Under the pieces are notes generated by a model. That model saw only the letters and a program-made list of their open reading frames with translations, was not told the DNA's origin and did not search any database. Both the position numbers and the translations under genes were made by a program. A stretch of 64,000 bases of DNA from an uncultured virus (IMG/VR IMGVR_UViG_3300027336_000062). Lineage: Duplodnaviria; Heunggongvirae; Uroviricota; Caudoviricetes. The first letter of the stretch is position 1; the number at the start of each line of letters is the position of its first letter. Location: IMG/VR virus record IMGVR_UViG_3300027336_000062, one strand, 5' to 3'. Below are positions 1 through 8,975 of this stretch, in pieces.

Positions 1-52
1 GCGTGTCTTTGATCAGCTGCTTGGTGCGCGGATCATGTTGAAGCTGTTCCAT
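1..52 (-). CDS. 5' part of a hypothetical protein (MEQLQHDPRTKQLIKDT...), runs off the window edge
   Basis: ATG at 52 with GAG-containing RBS, directly downstream of the helicase; truncated by the window. Confidence 0.55.
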   Translation of the reverse strand, partial: MEQLQHDPRTKQLIKDT

Positions 53-70
53 GGTTTTCTCATTGAGGTT

Positions 71-1318
71 TTAGACCAGATCTCCGGTGAGGAAGACTTG
101 GGTACGTGCACGGCTGACGCCGACATAAAGCATTCGTGCAATTTGATCTCCTGAGTTGCAGCGACGGATGTCGTCGAGATCTACGAACACACGATCGAAC
201 GTGGAGCCTTGTGCCTTGTTGATGGTGCAGGCATAGGCAGCACGAAGATCGATCCACTGGGATTCCATTTCAGAGACGGCACCGAAGTTGTCTTGAGCAC
301 GCATCTTCTTAATGCCTGCGTTCCACTCCTGAAGACTCTTGGGGTGGAACAGCCAGATGCCGTCGATGCACATCATGTTGCCGGGCACTTCGTATCGAAC
401 CGAAGGGCTTTCGATAGCAGTGATCTGGACCATCTGATCGGTCTTGATCGAGCTACGACCGACGGTGACAAACGAGTTGCAAACTGCGTAATCGTCAACC
501 TGAAAGTCAGGATCTCCCTTTACATGGTTCCGGACGAAGTGGTTGTAGTTGATGACGCACTTGTTGGTCCAGGCCAGGATTTTGGAGTCCTGGTAACGCC
601 AGTCAGGCCGTGTGAACTCAGCCTTGATGGCTTCGTTGAACGCATCCCGCTGCAGGTACTGAACGTGGTGCCCATCAGGTGTGAAGCTGAAGAACTCACC
701 TGTGTTGACCGTGTGGCGGAACTTGGTGGAAAGGTCAACGATTGGATTGCCTTCAGCCTGTCGAACCACGGTGGTCAGTGCAGCACCTGAGAAGTTGGCA
801 TCGAACACTGGTGTTCCGGTTGCCTTCACAGGTGTGAGCTGAGCCGGATCACCGATGAACACGACCTTGCAGTTTCGAGTCATCTTGAAGATGAAGCTCA
901 GCAGCTGCTTGTCCACGTAACTGGCTTCGTCAATGAACAGGAGGTAGTTCTCCTTCTGGTCAGTGGTACGAGGCACCAGGGTAGTGGTGTTGGTTCGATA
1001 GTCGGTGCTGACCCGCAGGCCCAGGAACGAGTGGATCGTCACTGCACCTTGGCCAGTGATGCTGCCCAGGTTCTCTGCAGCCTTGTTGGTGGTTGCAGTC
1101 AGAGCAACTTCGTATTCCTTGTGCTCTGGGTTGATCAGCCTGGCGGTCTTGTTGAAGCCAGGCATGCGATCAATGAGCGTGCGAACCAGAGTGGACTTGC
1201 CACAACCCGAATATCCACGGAGTACAAACACCGTTTCAATGGGGTCCATCAGAAAGTTGTGGAAGGATTCCAGTGCGTTCTGCTGGTCTTCGGTGAGTGT
1301 GATTTCTTGGGTGGTCAT
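71..1318 (-). CDS. Superfamily 1 (Dda/RecD-like) DNA helicase
   Basis: Walker A GYSGCGKS, Walker B IDEAS, GDPAQL, VRQ, YACTINKAQGSTF and LYVGVSRAR helicase motifs. Confidence 0.92.
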   Translation of the reverse strand: MTTQEITLTEDQQNALESFHNFLMDPIETVFVLRGYSGCGKSTLVRTLIDRMPGFNKTARLINPEHKEYEVALTATTNKAAENLGSITGQGAVTIHSFLGLRVSTDYRTNTTTLVPRTTDQKENYLLFIDEASYVDKQLLSFIFKMTRNCKVVFIGDPAQLTPVKATGTPVFDANFSGAALTTVVRQAEGNPIVDLSTKFRHTVNTGEFFSFTPDGHHVQYLQRDAFNEAIKAEFTRPDWRYQDSKILAWTNKCVINYNHFVRNHVKGDPDFQVDDYAVCNSFVTVGRSSIKTDQMVQITAIESPSVRYEVPGNMMCIDGIWLFHPKSLQEWNAGIKKMRAQDNFGAVSEMESQWIDLRAAYACTINKAQGSTFDRVFVDLDDIRRCNSGDQIARMLYVGVSRARTQVFLTGDLV

Positions 1319-1644
1319 TAGGCAGCCATGAGTTCTTCGTCTTCCTTGTTGAGCTCGTCGACAGTGATACCCAGCAGTGCTGCGATCTTGATGTCTTCGT
1401 ACTCTTTGCGGGAGAGGATTCGAGTTTTGAAATAGTTCGATTGAAAGCCAGTAATTGTCTTGGCTTTGCTGTATGGCTCATCAAGCAATTCAGCATTCTT
1501 CAGGCAAGCAACAAATCTCAAGCCTTCGTCATACGGCAGGACGATGCTTTTGTTGTAATCAAAATCGATGGCCAGAAAGTTTTCTTTAGGCGTCCTGTTG
1601 TATAGCTCTGCACGAGCTTGTGCTACAGCTTTTTTCTTGTCCAT
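1318..1644 (-). CDS. Hypothetical protein (108 aa)
   Basis: Abuts both neighbours in the - strand operon. Confidence 0.7.
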   Translation of the reverse strand: MDKKKAVAQARAELYNRTPKENFLAIDFDYNKSIVLPYDEGLRFVACLKNAELLDEPYSKAKTITGFQSNYFKTRILSRKEYEDIKIAALLGITVDELNKEDEELMAA

Positions 1645-2766
1645 TTAGACCTCGTAATGAATGACCTTGCCGAATGGGGCTTGGAACTTGGGGTTATCGT
1701 GGATCAACCACAGTGTCTTGGCTTTGGTTTCAGGGCCGTAGAAGTGGAAGTAACCATCCGTGAACACCAGCAGCAGCTGAGGCTTGTTGGTATCAGCCCA
1801 CTCCAATACTGGCTCGATGCGAGTACCACCACGGCCGGTGAAACTAACGTGCATCAGATCTTGCATGCTGTGCACCTTGTCCACCGATTTGAGCTCGGTG
1901 TCGAACTGAATGATCGTGATGGTTTCTGGCTTCATCATCTTCATGATGGAAGCTGTCTCCGACACGAAGCGGTTGAATTCCTCATCAGACACTGAGCCTG
2001 ATGTGTCCACTGCAACAGCGATGTTGATGAGGTTTTCACCAAACAACCGTGGCATGTGGAACTGAGGAAAGAACCTGCGATTGGGACGCTTGAAGCTGTA
2101 ATCGTTCTTGGCGAACGTCTGCAGGTACTTCTGGAGGATGCGATTCCAGGGCAGCTTAGGATTCAGCAACCGGTTTAGGAAGATCTCGATCTCACCAGGG
2201 ATGCTGCCTGGCTTGTCACCAGCCATCTTGGATTGGATCGATGCTCGAACCAGGATGTCTTGGATCTCATTGGCCAGGGCTTCAGCAGCTGCAGGAGAGG
2301 GATCATCCGGAGCCTGGAGGTCTTCTCCGAAGCCGGGCATGGGTTGATCGCTAGGATGAGTCGGCAGCAGGCTGTAGACCTCTTCAGTAGACAGCTGCTT
2401 GTACTGATCATCAGCCAGACCATCCTTGGGCATCTTGAAGCCACGCTCGAGTAACTGCAGGTTGATCACATGGTCAGCTGCCATGTTGAACTTGCGGTGA
2501 TCACGATCGCCTTTGCGTTCCATGTGCAGGTACGCACAGTGCATGGCCTCATGCAGGATCAGGAACACTCGCTCTTCATGGCTCAAGGACATGAAGAATT
2601 GCGGGTTGTACATGATCTTTTTGCCGTTGGTTGCAGCAGTGGAAACCTTGTCGCTGAACTCGTGAATCAGGCTGAAAGCGAGGGTGGTAAAGAAGGCCGA
2701 GTCAGGCTTGCCCATCAAGGCGATCTTTGCCTTGTTCAAGGCGATTTCATGAGGTGTTTGTTCCAT
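1645..2766 (-). CDS. Metallopeptidase-like (HExxH) + VWA-domain protein (N4 gp25-like)
   Basis: LILHEAMHCAYLH and N.A.DHVIN in the N-terminal part; MIDAS-like VAVDTSGS, GRGGT and VFTDG in the C-terminal part; start MEQTPHE chosen. Confidence 0.88.
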   Translation of the reverse strand: MEQTPHEIALNKAKIALMGKPDSAFFTTLAFSLIHEFSDKVSTAATNGKKIMYNPQFFMSLSHEERVFLILHEAMHCAYLHMERKGDRDHRKFNMAADHVINLQLLERGFKMPKDGLADDQYKQLSTEEVYSLLPTHPSDQPMPGFGEDLQAPDDPSPAAAEALANEIQDILVRASIQSKMAGDKPGSIPGEIEIFLNRLLNPKLPWNRILQKYLQTFAKNDYSFKRPNRRFFPQFHMPRLFGENLINIAVAVDTSGSVSDEEFNRFVSETASIMKMMKPETITIIQFDTELKSVDKVHSMQDLMHVSFTGRGGTRIEPVLEWADTNKPQLLLVFTDGYFHFYGPETKAKTLWLIHDNPKFQAPFGKVIHYEV

Positions 2767-2804
2767 AGGGTCTCTGATTGAAATAGAGCCTCTATGGGCT
2801 CTGG

Positions 2805-3254
2805 TTACGTTGGGTCGATCAATTTTCTGGCTTGATAAAGCTTTCCATATTTTTCTTGGTTTTCCCAATCAAGATTGGTAACTTCGTCGTAGTGCTCCAG
2901 GATGTAATCACGAAGCTCTTCAGGCTTATCAATGCGGTCCATCAAATACCCGAGATCGGGATTTTTACCGCTATCGTAAACAGTCTTTTCGATTGCTTCA
3001 CCAAGTGAAGTAAACCGAAGACTTTCAGTGCCGGCTCCGTAATCACCTCCGCTTTCCCACCGACTGTCATAGGCAATGCCTGCAGCTCTGAGTTCGAAAA
3101 GAAAACCAAGATTGCCGTAATTGATTTCGGGAAACCCAAAATGAGCAAGTTGATCGTCTAGCCAGTCTTCTTCAGGGTCAAAAGGGAAATGGCTTGCGGC
3201 TTCTCTTTCCTGGGTTTTTAAGACACTCAGTGTGACGTAGGTACGGTCTCCCAT
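2805..3254 (-). CDS. Hypothetical protein
   Basis: ORF starting MGDRTYV inserted between the AAA ATPase and VWA genes; lower GC. Confidence 0.7.
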   Translation of the reverse strand: MGDRTYVTLSVLKTQEREAASHFPFDPEEDWLDDQLAHFGFPEINYGNLGFLFELRAAGIAYDSRWESGGDYGAGTESLRFTSLGEAIEKTVYDSGKNPDLGYLMDRIDKPEELRDYILEHYDEVTNLDWENQEKYGKLYQARKLIDPT

Positions 3255-3255
3255 A

Positions 3256-3441
3256 TCACTTGATCTGCTCTTGCAGCTCGGCAATCACTGCGTAGTAATA
3301 ATCAACCATGCGCTGGTGATAGTGCATGGCAGCTATTTCTTTGATCAGCTGGCGCTTGTTTTCTTCAAGGTCAGTTACTGCGATTTCTTTGGCTGTTGGC
3401 TTTGAGAATAAAGCATTGTTGAGTTTTTGAATGACATTCAT
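3256..3441 (-). CDS. Hypothetical protein (61 aa)
   Basis: Short ORF in operon, abuts the next gene. Confidence 0.6.
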   Translation of the reverse strand: MNVIQKLNNALFSKPTAKEIAVTDLEENKRQLIKEIAAMHYHQRMVDYYYAVIAELQEQIK

Positions 3442-3492
3442 AAAAGAAAAAGTTACCGGATTAGGGTGGCTTTGGTTTGGTTGAAACGTAGA

Positions 3493-4506
3493 TCAGAACA
3501 GGCTTGCAGCTGATTCGGAGATCCATTTTTGCACCGCTGCGTGAGACATCATGGCTTTGTTACGGCGGATGGTTTCTCGCATCGTCACCACCTGGAACTC
3601 CACCGGCAGGCGTTGGATGAACTCCATCAGCTTGCTGAAGTTGTCTGGGGTGGCGTTGTGTGCGATCGAGCCAGTCAAAGCAAACAGAATCGAAGGCTCT
3701 GTGGGGACACGGATTTCCTTTGGATTCAGGATGATCTGAGCGGGTGTCGGCAGATCGTTGTAGATCTTCATGAAGGTGGTGAACTCTCGAGCCACACCTT
3801 CTGAGAGCGTGCCAGCCAGCATGGCCAGACGCTGCTTGTCACCGTCCTGGGTCACACCCATCACACGGTTGGCAAATTCCCAGGTGCGTGGGCACGCATA
3901 GGTCTTGTCGGTGTGATCAGGGGTGAAGGTGTAGAGCTGACCGGGCTTGAACTTGATGTACGAAGTGATCCGGTGATCAATGTTGTTCTGCTCAGCCCAC
4001 TCGACCCACTCGTTGGAATCGACCACGAGCTCCAGGTGCACCAGGCGAGACTGCAGTGCAGTGCTCATGGGCTGCACGATGGCGTTGTCTGTCTCCAGAT
4101 TGCCAGCAGCCACGATGGCCACGTTCTTGTGCAGATGGTGGCTACCCACCATGCGATCCAGGATCAGCTTGTAGGCCGCTGCCTGGATGGCTGGAGGTGC
4201 ACTGGTGGCTTCGTCCAGGAACAGCAGCCAGCCGCTGTAGCCTGCAGGGATCGGATCACCTTCGATGGGAAAGTGAGCCATGGGCACGTAGTCAGCCTTC
4301 TTGCCGGCAACCGTGGGAAAACCAGCCAGGTCAGTGGGATCACACTGGCTCAGGCGAAGGTCAATGACCTTCAGGTTGTAGTCCTCAGCGATCTTGTAAA
4401 TGATTTGGGACTTGCCGCAGCCAGGACTGCCCACCAGCATGGGGACGAGCTTGGCACGGATGTAGGAAGCCAGCATGGGGATGGCTTGAGAGATTTTGAC
4501 TTGCAT
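3493..4506 (-). CDS. MoxR-like AAA+ ATPase (N4 gp24-like)
   Basis: GSPGCGKS, LFLDE, AAGN, ALQSRL and CPRTWE motifs; partner of the VWA protein. Confidence 0.9.
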   Translation of the reverse strand: MQVKISQAIPMLASYIRAKLVPMLVGSPGCGKSQIIYKIAEDYNLKVIDLRLSQCDPTDLAGFPTVAGKKADYVPMAHFPIEGDPIPAGYSGWLLFLDEATSAPPAIQAAAYKLILDRMVGSHHLHKNVAIVAAGNLETDNAIVQPMSTALQSRLVHLELVVDSNEWVEWAEQNNIDHRITSYIKFKPGQLYTFTPDHTDKTYACPRTWEFANRVMGVTQDGDKQRLAMLAGTLSEGVAREFTTFMKIYNDLPTPAQIILNPKEIRVPTEPSILFALTGSIAHNATPDNFSKLMEFIQRLPVEFQVVTMRETIRRNKAMMSHAAVQKWISESAASLF

Positions 4507-4509
4507 GAA

Positions 4510-4920
4510 TTACCACCAGGAATCGTAAATGACTGCTTTACCTTCGGAGAAGGCAGTGCGGGATTTGTTGACGAAATCGAGAACTGATTCTTTGTCGTCG
4601 TCATCGAACAAATCGTCACTCCCAAAGAAAAAACCCTGCGTTGCAGGCAGGGCTTTGAGCGATGCCAAAGATTCAAGGACATCAATGTCCTCAGGCATCA
4701 GCCTCACAGTGTTGCAGTTGAAGCTGAGTGATTTGCCCCCCTTTTTGTCGTAGAGCGAATTCATCCAGCCATGGAGATGGTTGAACTTGCGCCAATAGGC
4801 GAATTCACGATCCAGGTTGGCAACAGCATGACTGCCGTCTTCGTTGTAGATCTTGATGTCCACCTGTTGATCGCCAACGCTATCGGCGTCACAGGTGTAG
4901 GCGTACATGTCGAGGCCCAT
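4510..4920 (-). CDS. Conserved phage hypothetical protein
   Basis: MGLDMY...YWRKFNHLHGW...GFFFG...YDSWW pattern recognisable from many phage proteins. Confidence 0.75.
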   Translation of the reverse strand: MGLDMYAYTCDADSVGDQQVDIKIYNEDGSHAVANLDREFAYWRKFNHLHGWMNSLYDKKGGKSLSFNCNTVRLMPEDIDVLESLASLKALPATQGFFFGSDDLFDDDDKESVLDFVNKSRTAFSEGKAVIYDSWW

Positions 4921-4929
4921 GGCAGTTCC

Positions 4930-5118
4930 TTATTGGTTGAGTTGCTTGAGTAGCGTGTTGTGATAGGTCATCAGCAGACTGAACATTTCGTTCTTGTCTG
5001 TGATGGGAAGTTTTGATTCAGAGAAGTCGACAACCTCTTGAAGGGAGCCCAGTGTAGGAAACAGGCCCATATGAACCGCACGGAGTGGCGGTTGTTGATT
5101 ACTTGCTTGCTTGGACAT
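4930..5118 (-). CDS. Hypothetical protein (62 aa)
   Basis: In-operon ORF ending LMTYHNTLLKQL. Confidence 0.65.
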   Translation of the reverse strand: MSKQASNQQPPLRAVHMGLFPTLGSLQEVVDFSESKLPITDKNEMFSLLMTYHNTLLKQLNQ

Positions 5119-5401
5119 TGGTTTGTTGTTGCTTCTTGCCGAAGATTGATTTGAAGAACCCGGATACTTTGTCCATCAAAGTGGGTTCAACCATGGTGAT
5201 AGGAAGTTCAACTTGCTGTGTGTACAGCGGAACTGCTTTGGGTTTCTTAACGGGTGCAACACCCATTTCAACCAGAACACGATTGATTGTTCTGCGTGAG
5301 ACTTTGTAATCAGCAGCCAGGTCTTTGACCTTTACCTTCATGAAGGTGTACTGGTGAACGATTACGTGCTTCTGAATCTCGGTGATGATCTTGACTGTCA
5401 T
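5099..5401 (-). CDS. Putative HTH DNA-binding protein
   Basis: VKDLAADYKVSRRTINRVL helix-turn-helix-like segment; AAGGA RBS. Confidence 0.7.
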   Translation of the reverse strand: MTVKIITEIQKHVIVHQYTFMKVKVKDLAADYKVSRRTINRVLVEMGVAPVKKPKAVPLYTQQVELPITMVEPTLMDKVSGFFKSIFGKKQQQTNVQASK

Positions 5402-5523
5402 GATTGATCCTTTTTAAAGACTTGTCTGATGGTCCATCGAGCGTCGATTCTGTTGGCAAACCATTTGAATAGCTTGCGACAGTCGTCTTGCAATAGACCG
5501 GGTGGATGGCCTGTAGTTCTCAC
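5398..5523 (-). CDS. Small hypothetical protein (41 aa, not in the ORF track)
   Basis: GTG..TGA ORF MRTTGHPPGLLQDDCRKLFKWFANRIDARW..., coupled by 4-nt overlaps (GTGA, ATGA) to both neighbours. Confidence 0.6.
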   Translation of the reverse strand: MRTTGHPPGLLQDDCRKLFKWFANRIDARWTIRQVFKKDQS

Positions 5524-5717
5524 AGGAGTCGACTGCTTCTGACGAGGCGGCATTGCTCTCTCATTTCAGTGGTGTAGTCGGGATGGAACTCAGCGACGCT
5601 GCAGTCGAGTGGCTTTTCCTTGGATGCCTGGTACTGGAAGATGTAGGTAATCATAAGCACTTGGCCGATGAGGACGGCTACAAGCAACCATTCAGGTAGT
5701 TGTTTGGGGAGCTTCAT
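5520..5717 (-). CDS. Small membrane-anchored hypothetical protein
   Basis: N-terminal hydrophobic helix, then DCSVAEFHPD...C; strong AAGGAG RBS. Confidence 0.7.
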   Translation of the reverse strand: MKLPKQLPEWLLVAVLIGQVLMITYIFQYQASKEKPLDCSVAEFHPDYTTEMREQCRLVRSSRLL

Positions 5718-6427
5718 GTGTTCTTCTCCTTGATTGCATAGTCGTGGAATATCGCCCCCTTGCTTGCGTCACCAACCTTGCAGGACTTAACCCAGACATT
5801 CTTCCCAGTCTTTAGCCTTCTCAGGTGGCCTCTACGCTCATGCAAGCGGGGTGATGCGTGTGTGCCCCCTTTGGACTCTTGGCGGGGCTTAGATGGCTCA
5901 ATCCACACCGTTGTCCAGTCGTAGGTTGGCAGCTTGCCTTGCTGTATCTTCCGGCGGTTTGTAAAGGTGTCACGCACTGTTGGGATGTGCGCCTCAATAC
6001 GTCTGTCCATCGCACCGTACCAAGCGCCAATTTGAGCCAGCATCAGTTCTGCCAGCTCCTTGTCCACTGGCTCGTCATCGCTGACAGACCCGTATCGAAT
6101 GTTGTCATCCTCAATGAAGTAAAACATGGCAGGGATCGGCATCAATCGAGTCCCGGTTGGCCCCTTCCACATTGACACCGTGATGCCTTCGTCTGGATCA
6201 TCTCCAGCCACCATCATCAAGACGGTGTAGCTCGGGTGATGGCTTGTCTTCCCCTGCCAAACAACAAAGCATTTGTCAAAAGGTGGTCGGTGTGTCATCA
6301 CCGGGTCAAGGTCTGCCCGTTGCTTGTCAGTGAACGCACCAGACAGGTCAAACCATTTGATGTCTACGATGTCCACGCCAGCATCAGCCATCAGCTTCAT
6401 AGAGTCACGAACAAGTTGCGTTGTCAT
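5714..6427 (-). CDS. Conserved phage hypothetical protein
   Basis: C-terminal GTHASPRLHERRGHLRRL..G..VWV motif; AAGGAG RBS. Confidence 0.75.
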   Translation of the reverse strand: MTTQLVRDSMKLMADAGVDIVDIKWFDLSGAFTDKQRADLDPVMTHRPPFDKCFVVWQGKTSHHPSYTVLMMVAGDDPDEGITVSMWKGPTGTRLMPIPAMFYFIEDDNIRYGSVSDDEPVDKELAELMLAQIGAWYGAMDRRIEAHIPTVRDTFTNRRKIQQGKLPTYDWTTVWIEPSKPRQESKGGTHASPRLHERRGHLRRLKTGKNVWVKSCKVGDASKGAIFHDYAIKEKNT

Positions 6428-6723
6428 GTGTTGCTCCTTGCTCGGATGGCGGCGGCGTGTCCTGCGCGAGTCTCGGCGTAGTGTCCTTGTTCAACTACCT
6501 TCGCACACGACTCACGCTCTTGTGCCAGCGCATCTGTGAGGATGTTGACCTGTCGCTCCATTGCTTCCATCTCTGCTGGCCATGAATTGCGCTCGTCAGC
6601 ACGAACAAGCTCGGCAAAACGTTCAAGCTCTTCCTGTGTCACCGTCCAAAAACCATTGCGGAAGGCAGGCTCAGTGCCGGGAGTCTCAAATGCTTGACCC
6701 GCCATTTCAATTACGGTCTTCAT
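6424..6723 (-). CDS. Hypothetical protein (99 aa)
   Basis: LERFAELVRADER...ERESCAK...AAAIRAR; AAGGAG RBS, ATGA overlaps. Confidence 0.72.
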   Translation of the reverse strand: MKTVIEMAGQAFETPGTEPAFRNGFWTVTQEELERFAELVRADERNSWPAEMEAMERQVNILTDALAQERESCAKVVEQGHYAETRAGHAAAIRARSNT

Positions 6724-7076
6724 GTGTTCTTCTCCTTGAGTTTGGCTTCAATGAACTCAATAAATTCTGCTGAGGTCATATGGCTATATCGAATCTCGTG
6801 TTTTTCCTCATCAGTCAGCCTAACCCATGTGCCCTGTGCTGGCTGCTCTGCCAGTGCTGCACGATCACGCCATGCTGCCCAGAGCTGGCGGGTGTGCATG
6901 GTGTGGTAGTTGACTTCGCCATTGCGCTCTGTTGCATGGACGTAAGTTTTTCCGTCCCAGTCGCCATGCACCATCCAGCAGTGGCCCTTCATCCAGGCTT
7001 CGAACAGCAGACGTTCTGTTTCAGTTGGTTCAGCGCCTTTGGCTCCCATTTCATGAGCTTGGTCAAGTGTCGTCAT
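6720..7076 (-). CDS. Hypothetical protein (118 aa)
   Basis: Ends WVRLTDEE...IEAKLKEKNT; first gene after the RNAP II terminator. Confidence 0.7.
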   Translation of the reverse strand: MTTLDQAHEMGAKGAEPTETERLLFEAWMKGHCWMVHGDWDGKTYVHATERNGEVNYHTMHTRQLWAAWRDRAALAEQPAQGTWVRLTDEEKHEIRYSHMTSAEFIEFIEAKLKEKNT

Positions 7077-7195
7077 TTGGTTTCTTTCTGAAGGTACTTA
7101 GACCCTCGGCATCACATAGTCAAAAATCAAAATTCCGACAAGTCAGAATATCGGTATTAGTTCTGAGAGAAGTCTTGGAGAACTTCTCTACTGAC

Positions 7196-7231
7196 AAAAA
7201 AATGTGGACCCATCCTTTCGGATGAGCCCAC
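7196..7231 (-). terminator. Rho-independent terminator after RNAP II subunit 2
   Basis: On -: GTGGGCTCATCC-GAAA-GGATGGGTCCAC followed by a T run. Confidence 0.75.
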
Positions 7232-7275
7232 GATTCCCAATTCACGAAGCGTCCGTAGGACGCCTAACCCAGCTT

Positions 7276-8520
7276 TCAGCAGAGTCCGTATGCAGACTCC
7301 CTGATCTTGCCACCCAAGGTCTGGGACAACTTAGGGAACATTCCTGGCTTGCCATGGAGTTGGCTCAACAGGTCGTCCAGAAGGTAGCTGTCAGCCAGGT
7401 CAGCCAGGATCTCCTTGTACTGCCAGCGAACCCAATTGATGTTGTTGGGGTGTGCCTTGAACTCGTCATGGATGGTGACAAGCTCGAAGGGCTGGTACTG
7501 GAGCATCCCGTTGATGATCCGAGCGAGGTGCTCGAGGTGCTGTTGGCTCAGCTTCTGGAGGTTCTCTGGCGTGAGGTGAGGCATGATCACAACATCCGGG
7601 ACAGTACTTCTCTCGTACTGCTGGACGTAGTACCCGGCCTTACCATAGGGCATGGAGACTTCTCTCTTGGCTCCCATGATGCGTTCGAGCATCTCGATCT
7701 CGATCCACGCTGCTGCCTGTTCTGCGATCTCCCGATCGTAGTTGCAGCGACGGTGCATGCTCCTCAGCACATAGGCATCGACACTGTGGGTGACGTTGGC
7801 TGCGTTGGACAGGCCAGACTTCGAGCCCTGGTTTTCGTAGAACTCGTAGCTGAAGGTGGCATGGTCCAGCTCATCCACTTCGATGCGTGCCTCGACCTTC
7901 TTCATGACCTTGATGCGAGCATCGAAGCCGTCAGGCATCACCCAGGCATGCTGTAGGGCATAGGGTTGCCAGCTGGCCAGGAGATCCTGGAGCAGCTCCC
8001 AAGCACCTGGTGCAATGATCTGAGCCGCCTCGTAGAACGCAGCCAGCTCTGGAGTCTCGTCACCGAACAGGTTCTTGGGCTCTGCCTTGGAGCCGTAGAA
8101 GCTGGTCATCAGGGCCTGCTTGGCATCCTTGCGGTCTACGACTAGGTTGCCACCCAGGATGCCATTCATGACCTCTGTGCAGGTCGTATAGGCATCGGCT
8201 CGGACATTGGGATCAACCAAGCCTGTAGCCGTGGCACCAGCCTCGCAGCCGGTGAGCACGGACATCATTTGAATGCCTGAGCAAGTGCCATCCACACCGA
8301 CCAGATGGCCAGTAGGGATGCCTTGCTGTGCTTTCCTGATGGCTTGAACAGCCTTCTGATACAGCGGACCGGTGTCGGCCGACTGAGACATGTACTCCAG
8401 ATCATCGAGATGTTCTGTGGTCCATGCCATGCGCTCTTCGAAGGTCAGCTTGTCCAGTCCGTACTGGGTAGCCGCATCGATGAGTAGGTATTGATAGCCG
8501 CTATAAAACTGCATACCCAT
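7276..8520 (-). CDS. RNA polymerase II subunit 2 (N4 gp16-like, T7-type catalytic half)
   Basis: Motif A VDGTCSGIQ, motif B RKDAKQALMTSFYG, ANVTHSVDA, motif C TIHDEF. Confidence 0.95.
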   Translation of the reverse strand: MGMQFYSGYQYLLIDAATQYGLDKLTFEERMAWTTEHLDDLEYMSQSADTGPLYQKAVQAIRKAQQGIPTGHLVGVDGTCSGIQMMSVLTGCEAGATATGLVDPNVRADAYTTCTEVMNGILGGNLVVDRKDAKQALMTSFYGSKAEPKNLFGDETPELAAFYEAAQIIAPGAWELLQDLLASWQPYALQHAWVMPDGFDARIKVMKKVEARIEVDELDHATFSYEFYENQGSKSGLSNAANVTHSVDAYVLRSMHRRCNYDREIAEQAAAWIEIEMLERIMGAKREVSMPYGKAGYYVQQYERSTVPDVVIMPHLTPENLQKLSQQHLEHLARIINGMLQYQPFELVTIHDEFKAHPNNINWVRWQYKEILADLADSYLLDDLLSQLHGKPGMFPKLSQTLGGKIRESAYGLC

Positions 8521-8547
8521 GATGGGCTCCTTTGTTGGTTGGTTTAG

Positions 8548-8766
8548 TTAAGGCACATCAAGTACGAGTAGATGTGCACGGAAGGCAGTCGGAAAGAATT
8601 CTGGCTTGGCTTCTTTTAAACGGCCGTTGAGCATGATTCCCCATGTAGGAGAGTCAAGGAACGCACCCATATCAAGGCAGTAGTAGCCCTGATATTGGGT
8701 GAGATCATCTTCGTCATTGGCTTGTACAAAGGTGCCTTGTCGATACAGGTAGTACCTGGATTTCAT
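8548..8766 (-). CDS. Hypothetical protein (72 aa)
   Basis: ORF between the RNAP II subunits, ATGA-coupled. Confidence 0.6.
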   Translation of the reverse strand: MKSRYYLYRQGTFVQANDEDDLTQYQGYYCLDMGAFLDSPTWGIMLNGRLKEAKPEFFPTAFRAHLLVLDVP

Positions 8767-8975
8767 GAGACCCCCAATAGAAGTAAGGCAAGCTGAAATT
8801 CTTTTGGAATGTCTTCAAAATTTCTAGGACTCCATGAACCGTCAGGGTGGACGTAATTCAAATTCCAGTCTTCTTCTGTGGAATAGACAAAGACACGAAA
8901 GTACTTGTTTTTTATGGCCGGATCTTCCCAGTCAGGCACTTCTATGAGCTGTTGGTTGTGCCACACGTAGATCAT
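8763..8975 (-). CDS. Hypothetical protein (70 aa)
   Basis: ORF between the RNAP II subunits, ATGA-coupled. Confidence 0.6.
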   Translation of the reverse strand: MIYVWHNQQLIEVPDWEDPAIKNKYFRVFVYSTEEDWNLNYVHPDGSWSPRNFEDIPKEFQLALLLLGVS

